64,000 bases of DNA. Source: Balamuthia mandrillaris (lineage: Eukaryota). Positions 1-10,837 of the stretch are shown piece by piece. The stretch lies in assembly GCA_031835245.2 (NCBI GenBank), contig JAVKOQ020000079.1, positions 62,001-126,000 of the forward strand, in the 5' to 3' direction. The notes below the pieces were generated by a model. It was not told where the DNA came from. It saw only the letters and a list, made by a program, of their open reading frames with translations, and made no database searches. Position 1 is the first letter of the stretch. Each line of letters starts with the position of its first letter. The position numbers were made by a program, and so were the translations under genes.

Positions 1-455
1 GCCTGGTGGATCCTTGTTCCTTGCCGCCTCCCTCGGACTGTCCTGAGGCAGCTGAGGCCAAGTGCGTGGCAAACTACTGCGGAGGGTGCAACAGGGACTA
101 CTTCATCGATGGCAAGCAGGTTTGCGCCTCCTCCTGCGATGGAGATGGAGATGGACATGGTGGAAGCAGCAGCTCCGATGATAACGTGTTGTGTCCGGAT
201 GGCTCTCAACCGGTCAACTGCCTGGTGGATCCTTGCTCCTTGCCTCCTCCCGTGGAGCAGTGCCCTATCTCGCAGTACGCTGCATGCAGGTCCAACTATT
301 GTGGAGGATGCAACAGGGAGTACTATGTGCGCGGAGAGAGAGTTTGTACAGACGTGGAAGAAGTTATGGGAGGAGACAAAAACAACCAACAACAAGAGAT
401 GGAGGAGAGTGGGAACGTAAGTGCGCTTTTCCATTCTTTGTTTGGATGGATGTAA
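1..455 (+). CDS. Cysteine-rich repeat protein, 3' part (runs off window start)
   Basis: Two repeats of LVDPCSLPPP..CP...A.C..NYCGGCNR(D/E)Y....G..VC; stop TAA 453-455. Confidence 0.75.
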   Translation, partial: LVDPCSLPPPSDCPEAAEAKCVANYCGGCNRDYFIDGKQVCASSCDGDGDGHGGSSSSDDNVLCPDGSQPVNCLVDPCSLPPPVEQCPISQYAACRSNYCGGCNREYYVRGERVCTDVEEVMGGDKNNQQQEMEESGNVSALFHSLFGWM

Positions 456-473
456 AGAGAGCAGAACAAGTCG

Positions 474-2932
474 TTAAGAAGTTGAAGAAGAGTTGGAAGG
501 AAGAGGGCGATGACCTCGTTGAAACTTGCTTTGAAGAAATATGAAAAAGGAAGAAAAGCTCCGGTGCACAAACGACGTCAATAGAAAGAACAGCAACAAT
601 AACATTACCACGAATTGAATAAACTGATACCGTTTCTTCTCTGGCCGTATTCCTTCTTTCTCTAGCAAGGCTTCTATGCTTCGTTCTCGTTCTATCTTCT
701 TTACCGCGAGTTGTTGCAAAGTCTCGTCTTTTCCCTCATCCTTTCCTCCCTCTCGTTCTTCTTCCGTTATAAGTGGAAGCTTCGTCGCTTCTTGCTTTCC
801 TTTGCTTTGTTGTTCCGTTGTCAAGAGGGTCAGGAGTAGTTGCTGCGGTTCGATTGTTTGTAGCTCTCGTCGTTGTTCCTTTTCTTCTTCCTTCCATCTC
901 TTCCAAACTTGAACAACTTCACGTTGAAGCGCCCCCAGTACCGCCCCATCATCGTCGGAAGAAGGAAGCTCTAATCTTGTATTACTTTCTTCATTTGTTT
1001 GTTTTGGTTGTTCTTTTTGCTTCATTCTCTTCTTCTTTTTGCTGCTGTTCGTCTTTTGCTTGTCGATTAGCTCTTGTCTTGAGGTCTCTTTGTTGCTCTC
1101 TTGTTTGTACAGCTCGAAGGGAGTCAACGAATGGTACCAGTTCTTGTCTTTCATTTCTTTACGTTTCTTCCGTTTAGTCTTCTGTCTGTCCTTCATTCCA
1201 GCTTCTTCCTGCTCTTCTTCGTGGTTTAATGTTGAAGGCGTGGTTCTTTCTTCGTCCTGTTCCGTTTCCGTTGCTTTCCTTGTTTCTTTTTCCTTCTCCT
1301 TATCTTCTTCTTCACTTTCAACAACGAACGGAAGTACTGTTCCTTTCTTCTTTCTGCTCTTTTCTCTTTTCTTGCTCGTTCTTCTCTTTGGTTGTACCAG
1401 AGAAGAAAGGGGAAGCGGCGTTGAAAACGGAGAAGCATCTGGTGCAGAAGAGCGAGAAGAGGCAGACGACCAAAACGGAGAAGCGGATGAAGAAGAAGGA
1501 GTAAAAGCAGAAGGATAGGAAGGAGAGCGATAAGCAGGTATGGCCGAAGCGGAAGCATAGAATGAAGGTATTACCGGTAATCCCTCTCCGACCTCCTCGT
1601 CCTCTCCTCTGCTGCTTTCTAGCTCCTTTTTCTTCTCCTCATCTTCTCTCTTCTTCATCAAATGTTGGTGTTGATGTTGGAATAGTGCTTGAACTCGCGG
1701 ATGTAAGCGCTGATACTTTCGTTGAGGTGTTGTTGAGAGTACGTAATGCTCCATTCTTGCGATCTTCCTGAAAACATCAAATGGAGATGCAGCAGTAGCT
1801 GACGAAGAAGCAGAGAGAGAGGAAGAAGAAGAAGAAGAAGGAGCAGGAGTGCGAGAATAGGAAGACGTGGAACGAACGAGACGTCGTCGACGCGCACTTC
1901 CGCTACCATCATCCTTTGATTCTGTGTTGCTGGCGGTTGCAGAAGACATCTTTGTTTTTTTGGGTTGCGGAGTGAGAAAATGTTCGAGCCGTTTCTGTGT
2001 GTTGAGAGTAAAGCCGTTATGTGTGTTGTTTTGTTGCTCTTGTTCGTTGTTATTGTTGCTGGTGAGAGAATGGTGACGCGTTGTTGTTGGTGTTATTATT
2101 GGGACGTGTGTTTGGTTGTGTGCAGCTGTTTTGTCGACGTTCACGTCGTTGCTTTGGTTATGGTTTGCTGTAAGCGCTTTCGTAAAGTATTCATCCAATA
2201 CTCTCAAAAGTCCTTCCGCTTCGTTGTGGTCTCCCTCCTGTGCCTTTTCTTTCCTTTGCCTTTCATTTACAATGTTGTTTCCAATTTGTTTACGTTCGAG
2301 CCACATAGCCAACGTTTGTCGTAACATTAACTCCCTTTCTTCTCTTCGTTCTTTCTCTTTTTCTTTAACTTGCTCCGTTGCTCTGCTTTCGCTTTCTTTA
2401 AGCTCCTCATATAATACCATTCCTTCACTTTGTTGTTTATCATCCTCTTCATCATCGCCTGCTCGTTTTTCCTCTATTTGTGGGTCAAGAAGGGAGTTAT
2501 CCAATTCAAGAAGAAGGCTTTGTTCGTTTTCCTGAATGTGTTTTTGGTATTCCTCTTTTTCTCTCTCTAACTGCAGCAAAAGCTGTTGAAGATGTGCCTC
2601 TTTTTCCTCCGCTGAGGCTCTCAACAGTTGGTTTTCTTCTTGCAACTATGCAAAATGAACAAAAAGAGAAACATTAGCCAGAAAAGAAAGGAGATAAAAG
2701 AGAAGGAGAGAAGAAGCAAAGACTCCAAAAAAAAAAGATCAGAGGAAGATACCGAGAACAGTTGTTGCTTTAATATATGTTGTTTGTTGCGTTTGTTTAT
2801 TTCCAGCTGACGCATAGCGTCTTGAAGTTGTTGTACCTGTTCTTGAAGATGTTGCCCTCGTTTCAATTCAGAACTCAGAGTATCTATAGCGGCTTGTGTT
2901 ATGAACAGGTAACAAGAACTACAAAGGAGAAG

Positions 2933-2971
<39 letters not shown>

Positions 2972-3864
2972 CAGAGCAAACAGGAAGGAATACAGCGAAT
3001 GAAAGGGTACCTAATTGATGTTGCAAAGAAGAGTTTTCTTTTTTTAACAATGCGAAAGCGGCTTTCTTCTCTTCCAGCTCTTCTTTGTACGTTTCCACCT
3101 CTTCTTCGAATTGACGGGAATGTCGTCTCAAAGACTTGTCCTTCACCTGTTTAAGTTTGCGCCGCAGAGAGGCCTCTTCTTTGTTCATTTGCGCTTGTGC
3201 TTCCAACAGGCCTTGGTTCTCTGTTCGCAGTTCATCATTTCGCTAATGATGGACCAACGAGAGAAAGAAGCAAAGAAGAAGGAAAAAGGTGAACAACAAG
3301 AAAAAGAGAGAAAGTCCGAATGGAAAAACAAAAGAATAACGAACCTTCCGTAGATCTGCAACAACCGCGGTAAGCCTCTGCTCTTCCTCCCGATAACGTT
3401 CCGTTTGAGCGGCGTCCATCTGCAAGGCCTCCACTTTGTTCCGCCAGTCAAAGTCGAGCTGCTGCAGCTGTTCCTCCAGCTCCTGGTTCTTTTGGAGGAG
3501 CATCTGCCCCAACTCGGAGGCCATTTGGAGGTCCCGCTCTCGCTCCTCAACGCAGGCGTACACCATTTCCAGGTCCTCCACGAAGCTCGTTCCAAGGTCC
3601 TCTTCCTCTCCTCCTATTTCTTTTTCATATGTCGCTTCTTCTGAAAAAAAAAGAATGAACGATTAGAAAAACTTTGAAAGAGATAAAAAAAATATATAAG
3701 AGAGGGATGAAAAAGAAAAACCAACTTAATGTATTGAGTGCTTCCCGGAAGATGGCGATCCAATCGAAGCGCTCTTCCTCGTCCCCGTCCTCCTGATCGC
3801 CCCTTGCATGGTCGCTCTGTGGAGAGGAGAGGTTCCGCTCGTAAGCTTCTTCCGTCATCATCAT
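474..3864 (-). CDS. Multi-exon coiled-coil protein with an N-terminal HAP1_N/BICDR/CDR2-like (CC1-box-like) segment
   Basis: Exons in ORFs 3625-3864, 3243-3581, 2919-3206, 2621-2866 and 474-2645 separated by pyrimidine-rich introns; motif ERERDLQMASELGQMLLQKNQEL followed by heptad-rich E/Q/K/L sequence. Confidence 0.65.
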
Positions 3865-3961
3865 GGCAGAGCTAATAGTTTTTTAAAGAAAATGCAAGTA
3901 TTCAAAAAAAAATGCCTAAAGTCAAAAATGTCAAGCAAAAAATACAAAAAAAGAATAAGTT

Positions 3962-4032
3962 GGGCGCTGCCCGGAATCGAACCGGGGCCTCTCGCACCCT
4001 AAGCGAGAATTTTACCACTTAACTACAGCGCC
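3962..4032 (-). tRNA. tRNA-Pro(AGG)
   Basis: GGCGCTG/CAGCGCC acceptor stem; anticodon arm CTCGC-TTAGGGT-GCGAG; T arm CCCGG-TTCGATT-CCGGG; 71 nt. Confidence 0.95.
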
Positions 4033-4118
4033 TGAGCAAGAAGAGAGCAAAGGGCGCAGCTGCAGGAAGAGTTCGGCTACCGAAAAACGTCAAAAAAAAA
4101 ACAAATAAAAGAAAAGTT

Positions 4119-4189
4119 GGGCGCTGCCCGGAATCGAACCGGGGCCTCTCGCACCCTAAGCGAGAATTTTACCACTTAACTACAGCGCC
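4119..4189 (-). tRNA. tRNA-Pro(AGG)
   Basis: Identical to 3962-4032; T-run downstream on the minus strand. Confidence 0.95.
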
Positions 4190-4287
4190 TTGGTTGTTGG
4201 AACTAGAAAAATTTTAAAAAAACGAAAAAAGTTTTCTCTTTTCAAAACGGAGGGAAAGGAGAGAGAAAGAAGAAACGTGAGGAAAAG

Positions 4288-4329
<42 letters not shown>

Positions 4330-4332
<3 letters not shown>

Positions 4333-5820
4333 GATGCCATACATTTTACGTGTGTTCTCCCTTGTAACACGAACAACAGTCTCAATAGTCTCTTGTTTGA
4401 CTTCGGCAATCTTGGCTGCCACTAATGGGATCATTCCTGGATGGCCCGTCTTTCCTCTGTGCGGGACAGGAGCCATGCTAAAAGGTTTTTAATAGAATGG
4501 GTTAGACAGAGAAACGACAAGAAATGAAGGAAGAATACGAACAAGGGAGAATCCGTCTCTAACAGCAAGCGATCAAGTGGTAATTGTTTGACAACATCTC
4601 GAGATTGTTGGGCGCTGCCAAAAGTGATGACGCCAGTGAAGCCAAACCACAGGTTTGGAAAGTGAGCCATTAACGCTTCAGCCATGTCCCAACCTGAACC
4701 AAAGCAATGCATATGGATCTTTGTTTCTGGAGGAACGTTCTCTTTCATGATGCGCAAGGTATCCTTGTGTTTTTCTTTTTTTTAGGAATAGGGAAGCAGA
4801 CAAGCAGGAGCAGGGAACAAGAGAACTAGGGAGCAAGAGGACGAGAGGACAGGAGACCCAATGTCAAGCAGAGAACGAGAGAGCAAGCACGAAACGAACC
4901 TCATCAGCGTCTCTGGTATGTATGACCAAGGGCTTGCCCAAAGAAACCGCTCGCTTCAGCTGTTTCTCAAAAACTGTGCGTTGCACCTCCGCTGGGGACA
5001 TGTTCTTGAAGTAGTCCAGTCCCATCTCGCCCCAAGCCACCGTCTTTGGATGGGCCATCAGCTGGCAGATCTCTTCTTCCAGCTCGTCCGTGTAGTCACT
5101 GGCTTGGTGAGGATGAATGCCATATGTAGCCCAAACATTGGGTTTGCTTTCTACCATTTGCTTTGTCACCTTTTTATATTTGGGGAACACAAGTTGGTTT
5201 AGTTTTATTGTTGTGTGTTTTTGGTTGTTTTTTCATTCTCTCTCTTCTCTCTGCTCTCTGCTCTCTCTCTCTACTTTCATTCTCTCTCTCTCCTCGCTTC
5301 ATCGTTCTCCTCTTCGTCGTTCTCTTCTCTTCATTTTTCTCTTCTTCCTCTCTCTTGCAACGAACAGTAAGCAAGTGTAACAACAAACCTTGTACCCAGA
5401 AAGGAAGCAACAAATTTGGAGGCACCCATCAAAGTGGAAGTGGACCGGCAGAGAACAAGTGGGATCGACGGAAGCGTTCACCCGATCTACAGCCTCGTCC
5501 GAGAAATTTTGTTCGTAGAAGCCCTCAAAGCGTTCAATCACTTGCGAGGCCGTCTGAGCGCCTTCTCTCTCCAATATGAGATCCAGGTGGCAGTGGGAGT
5601 CGAAGAAAGGCAGCGCCTCTGTGGCTCGCAGGTCTCGTTGGGGCAGAGGGGATGAGGCGGTGTAAGTGGCGGCCGATTTTTTTCCAGCAGGCGACTTCGC
5701 GGCGGCCTGCTGCTGTTGTTTTTTGCTTTGTTGTTGTTGTTGTTTGACACGGGAGTTGCGCGCTTTGTCTTGGCGAGCATTGGCGTTGCTGCTGCTGCTG
5801 GTGTTACCAGGGTTCTCCAT
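4330..5820 (-). CDS. tatD: TatD family DNase (multi-exon)
   Basis: Motifs DSHCHLD, YGIHPH, GEMGLDY, LVIHTRDA, HMHCF, LLETDSP and C-terminal RENTRKMYGI*. Confidence 0.93.
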
Positions 5821-5961
5821 GATGCCTAGGCTTGGGACTACCACCACACAGAGAGCAGCTGCGGCAGATAACTTTCGCGGAAAAGACGATTGGGATATGT
5901 GTTTTTTATAACCCCATTCTCAAAAAGAAGATATTGGCTAATCACATTTTATCCACACGAA

Positions 5962-6032
5962 GGCGCTGTAGTTAAGTGGTAAAATTCTCGCTTAGGGTGC
6001 GAGAGGCCCCGGTTCGATTCCGGGCAGCGCCC
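5962..6032 (+). tRNA. tRNA-Pro(AGG)
   Basis: Same cloverleaf; followed by an oligo-T Pol III terminator. Confidence 0.95.
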
Positions 6033-6182
6033 AACTTTTTTTTTTGTGCTACTGCAGATATTTTGGGCAGACATATTTATTTGGGCGCTTTTGCTGTCCT
6101 GTTCCCGCGCAGGAATTGTTGGCACCATCGCCGAGCTGCATGTCTAACCCGGCATTGGTTAATCACATTTTATCCACACGAA

Positions 6183-6253
6183 GGCGCTGTAGTTAAGTGG
6201 TAAAATTCCTGCTTTGGGTGCAGGAGGCCCCGGTTCGATTCCGGGCAGCGCCC
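6183..6253 (+). tRNA. tRNA-Pro(TGG)
   Basis: Same body; anticodon arm CCTGC-TTTGGGT-GCAGG; oligo-T terminator. Confidence 0.95.
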
Positions 6254-6719
6254 AACCTTTTTTTTTTGCCATGATTCCAACAAGACAAGGAAGAGTGAAA
6301 GTGTCAAACGGTTCGTTTTTTTTTTCCCTGTTATTTTTTTTCCTCCTTCGCTTGTAATTATTTTCAGCAGAACAACGACTTGAGTTGTGCAGAGAGTGCG
6401 CCAAGCACCAGGCCATTCTTAAGTTAGAGCGCACCCACAATAGCAGGGCTATGCTATGGAGAGCACCCACAAAGAGCTTCCTTGCAAGTTTCCATATCAG
6501 CCTGGCGCGGCAAACATTAGCCAACCCTTCTTACACTGCGCTTCTGCGTCACCGACGGTTCTTCTTGACTCGGGTGGATGGTGGTGAAAACCCACCCCAG
6601 GCTTTTTATTTTTTGTGTAACTTACTCTGAAAAGTAAAAAGAAAGGGCAGCAACAGAGAATAGAGAACTAGGAGTGTGCTTCATCGAAAAGAAATGTTTG
6701 GAAAAGAAGAAAAAAGGTT

Positions 6720-6790
6720 GGGCGCTGCCCGGAATCGAACCGGGGCCTCCTGCACCCAAAGCAGGAATTTTACCACTTAACTACAGCGCC
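6720..6790 (-). tRNA. tRNA-Pro(TGG)
   Basis: Reverse complement of 6183-6253. Confidence 0.95.
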
Positions 6791-7729
6791 TTACGTTGAT
6801 AATCTCATACAAAACTAGTCATCACATAGCCTCAACCTCTTTTCCTTGGCATTCTTTTTATTCCCTGGTACTTCTTTTGTTTAATGCACTTGGATTTGAC
6901 AAAGGAAAGAACTCGTTTTTTGTTTTTGTTAAGTTTAATGGTAGCTTTTCTTTTCACCCAGTTCTCCTTTTGTCATCAACCTGAGGAAACCTTTCATCTT
7001 CCTTTTTTCCCTTCTTAATATTTCCTTTTCTCTTTCTTTTCTATTTTATGCTTTGTTCTTTATGGATCTTTTTTCTAATTTGAATACCTAATGTGAACAA
7101 AACAAAAACTAACTAATTAATTAAAAGAAAAAGAGAAGGAAGCAATGAAATAAAAAAGAAGCCTAGCAATGTGGCAGCAGGTGATTAGTCCACATCACAA
7201 ACATTGACAAAAAGAAAGGGAAGAAGCAATAGAGATAATATGTTGAGAGTAATTCTCAACAGTCTTGAACTTACTTTGTCTTCATTATTATTCCTGTTCT
7301 CATTTTACAATACCTCAAGCAACCACCTTGCCAAAAAGACAAAAAAGAGTAATAACCCAACTCAAATATTTAAAAAGAGTACATCTTCAATAAAGGAATC
7401 CTAGAGAAATAACAAGATTTTAAATGGTATATGGAAAACAAATGGACTTTACAAAAAGTTTGTTGATAGAATCACCAACACTGATCTCAAGACTCCTCAT
7501 GTTGGTTCAGACTCACTCTTTTTCTCCTTCCTTTCCCTTTCTTGGTGACTTTGAAGCAACATTGGAGATTCACTCTTGTTGTCCTTGCTCTATTCCCCTG
7601 AATACACTTCTTGTCTCGTCACAGACTCTTTTATTCCAAAGGTTGGATTCTACCAACAAGTTAGCAGTGATTCTATTGAGGTGTAGCAGCAGCTTTTCAA
7701 TCTAACAGGCTTTTCTATACAACGTTCCA

Positions 7730-7894
7730 CTCCTGTCAACATGACCAAGTCCTTCATCAACAAAAAAGGTGTCAACAGGCGAACAATGTTCTCGGAAACG
7801 ACCGGATGAAGTGCCAACGACACCTCCATCTCGAGAGGATAAGCGTCCTCCACGTTGTTTTCGTCATGCAAGCTTAACAGGGACTCGGTGAAGG
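7730..7894 (-). pseudogene. Truncated inverted copy of the 5' coding part of the F-box gene at 8991
   Basis: Near-identical to 9049-9213 (FTESLLSLHDENNVEDAYPLEMEVSLALHPVV.ENIVRLLTPFL..KDLV.L.G); lacks the start exon context and the rest of the gene. Confidence 0.85.
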
Positions 7895-7946
7895 AAAAAA
7901 ACAAAACACAGTAAACCACAACTTAATGCAAAAATCAAAAAAGGTT

Positions 7947-8017
7947 GGGCGCTGCCCGGAATCGAACCGGGGCCTCCTGCACCCAAAGCAGGAATTTTAC
8001 CACTTAACTACAGCGCC
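7947..8017 (-). tRNA. tRNA-Pro(TGG)
   Basis: Same as 6720-6790. Confidence 0.95.
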
Positions 8018-8724
8018 TTCTTGTGACGAGAACGTCAATGGGGATCTTGGGGAACAATGGTAAGTATGAGACCCAGCCCAAAAACCAATTACCTGACGCT
8101 GGATGTGTCTACTCAGCCATTCGACCAGCCTTTGGTTGCTTGCGGGAGACTTATCCGAGAGCATCTGAAATGTTTGAAGGTTTGCGAGGTGTAGTGTCGT
8201 GTACTCAAAATGGTACCTCACTCTTTGTACATGTCCTTCTTTTGAAGCGCCGCAAGGTGGACACAATAAACAACATGGTCCTGCGCGCTCACAGCTAAAC
8301 ACTGACTACGTAAAAACAAAAAACATCCCAACCACGTCGTCCTGAAACGAAACATGCTAAATACAAAGGTGCTGAGCAAAGCAGCACAGCGAGTTCGTCA
8401 GTGGCGAGCAAAAAAGAAACGAGAAAGGAGGAGAAGGAAAACCAGGAACAGCTGCTATGTGAAAAGAAGAAAACAACGAAGAACAGATGCTAAGCGGAAG
8501 CGCCGTCAACGGCAACATAGGAGACCACCGCCTTCTCCTGCTACGGGGGAGAGAGCTTTTTTTTGTAGACATTGTAGACAACCACAGCAAACTACGATCT
8601 ATCGAATACTCGCCAACAGGACACCGCAATTGCTCTGTGTCAGGAATGAAGAATCCATATGGAGCTTCTTGTGCTCACGCCCACCATGTAACTAGATAGA
8701 GAGGGATGACCATAAACAACCAAA

Positions 8725-8795
8725 GGCGCTGTAGTTAAGTGGTAAAATTCTCGCTTAGGGTGCGAGAGGCCCCGGTTCGATTCCGGGCAGCGCCC
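8725..8795 (+). tRNA. tRNA-Pro(AGG)
   Basis: Same as 5962-6032; oligo-T terminator. Confidence 0.95.
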
Positions 8796-8990
8796 AACCT
8801 TTTTTGATTTTTGCTTTTTTTGTTTTGGGGCATGAATCGTTCTCCAGGAGGGCCGGCGCACTAAGCAAGGGCGTGAAAAGAAAGAAAGTCTCTCTCTCTT
8901 TGTTTTTTTTCAGAAAGCTCTGTTTACTGCTTCGTGGAGAGGAAAGCGACATTGGAAAAAAAAAAAACAAAACAAAAAAAACTGAAAAAA

Positions 8991-10009
8991 ATGTACTGTA
9001 GTAAAGAGAAACGAGAGGAAGCTGCTCTGAGGAATGAAAGCCTGGCGGCCTTCACCGAGTCCCTGTTAAGCTTGCACGACGAAAACAACGTGGAGGACGC
9101 TTATCCTCTCGAGATGGAGGTGTCGTTGGCGCTTCATCCGGTCGTCACCGAGAACATTGTTCGCCTGTTGACACCTTTTTTGTCGGTGAAGGACTTGGTC
9201 ACGTTGGCCGGCGTCAATGCCTCGTTTCGGCGATGGGCTCTCTCTGCTCCAGTTTGGCGACCTCATGTTCTTCCTAGGCTGCGTATGTTTCCGCTCTCTT
9301 TGTCTTTTCTATTACTCTCTTCCTTTCATTTCTATCTTTCTCTCTGTCCTTCATTTTACATTCGTTCGTTTTCTCTCATGCTTCCCCTTTCAGAGCTGTT
9401 TCCAGATTCCATAGCCTTGTTATGGGGCTATGGCAACACAGAGAAGCGACTACGCTACGAACGGAAGGAAAAGAAAGTAACGTGGGTCGACGTCTACAGA
9501 AAGCTGTACCGATGGCCGCGGGTGGGCATGGTCTTTGAAGTGAAAGACACGTACGAGTTTTGGTCAGTTGCACGAGTGCATGCTCGTCTTGGCGAGAACT
9601 TGTTTCTGATTCACTATGAAGGTATACGTCTCTTGTTCCTTCTCTCTGTCTCTCTTTTTTTTTTGTTCTTATCCTCTCATGTTATTGTTCTGTCCTTCTT
9701 GCTTCGTATTTCGGTGTTGGCTGTTCTGTGCCATTCTTTCTTAACTTCTTTATTTTATTTCCACAAAAGGTTGGTCAGAAACGTGGACAGTATGGTACCA
9801 CAAGTACCATGACCGAGCAATTATACGAGCATTGACCAAAGAATGTCCAGGTTTATACGCTTCTTTCTTCTTCTTCGTCTTCTTCTTCTTCTTTTCTCCT
9901 CCTCCTCCCCTCTTCTCTCATCTCCTCTCTTCTTTTTCGTCGTTCACTTTATCTCTCTCCTCTCTTCCTCTCCCTCTTCCTCCTCCTCTTCCTCCTCCTC
10001 CTCCTCCTC

Positions 10010-10047
<38 letters not shown>

Positions 10048-10307
10048 CTTCCCTTTTCCTCTGCTCCTTCTGGTGCTTTCTCCCACTTCTTTCGTTAACA
10101 TTTGAAACGAATGATGAAGGTGTTGGTGGTGCTGGTAGTTACAAGAATGAAGAGGATTGGCATAGTTATCACGCTCGAGTTCTAAACAGACTTGTTACCA
10201 ACGCTGAAAAAGATCCCACCACTGGTTATCTTACCAGTCATTGGATTGCTCCAACGGCAAGAACAGGTTTGTATTTGCAAGTTGAACAGCCTCAGGTCAG
10301 TGACTAA
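8991..10307 (+). CDS. F-box-like protein with a Tudor/Agenet/MBT-like domain (multi-exon)
   Basis: F-box-like ENIVRLLTPFLSVKDLVTLAGVNASFRRWALSAPVWR; Royal-family-like GMVFEVKDTYEFWSVARV...LFLIHYEG|WSETWTVW. Confidence 0.65.
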
Positions 10308-10598
10308 TGATTGTTACAAAAAGGTATTCCACAATCTTCTCCTTATCATGAGCAAGAAACCCAGTTCACTTGTGTCATTCAGGTAAGTCGGAAAACAATA
10401 GCTCACACACAAACATCGCCATTCATATTGTTCTAACCTCTCTATTTCACTCTTTCAACAAATCGTGAAAAAAAAAAGGACGAAGCCAAGTGGCTACACC
10501 AACAGAAAGCGAAACCTTTTCGTGCTTGCCACACGGTCGTCAGTGAAAATTGTTTTGAGTAAATAGAGAAGGAAGCAAAAAACAAAAAAGTAAGTGTT

Positions 10599-10669
10599 GG
10601 GCGCTGCCCGGAATCGAACCGGGGCCTCTCGCACCCTAAGCGAGAATTTTACCACTTAACTACAGCGCC
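10599..10669 (-). tRNA. tRNA-Pro(AGG)
   Basis: Identical to the other AGG copies. Confidence 0.95.
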
Positions 10670-10837
10670 TTTGGTTGGTTACTGAGAGCATTAATTGGTT
10701 AGATGGTGGCCTTTTGGGACGGAAACCCTGACCTTCTGCGTCGCGGTGGCAGAAGAAGGATGTTGAGCGAGAGCCTGTTTAAAAGTTGGTTTTTTACTTT
10801 CACAAAAACTGTTTATAAACAAGAATAATGCACGAAA

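Noticed and set aside
6790..8720. Possible tRNA-targeted retrotransposon between tRNA-Pro copies
   Set aside because: No RT, endonuclease or integrase motifs, LTRs or long ORFs seen; only short unrecognised ORFs.
3962..10669. Repeated 71-bp units as a CRISPR array or SINE family
   Set aside because: They are intact tRNA cloverleafs in mixed orientation with irregular spacing; no cas genes, tails or target-site duplications.
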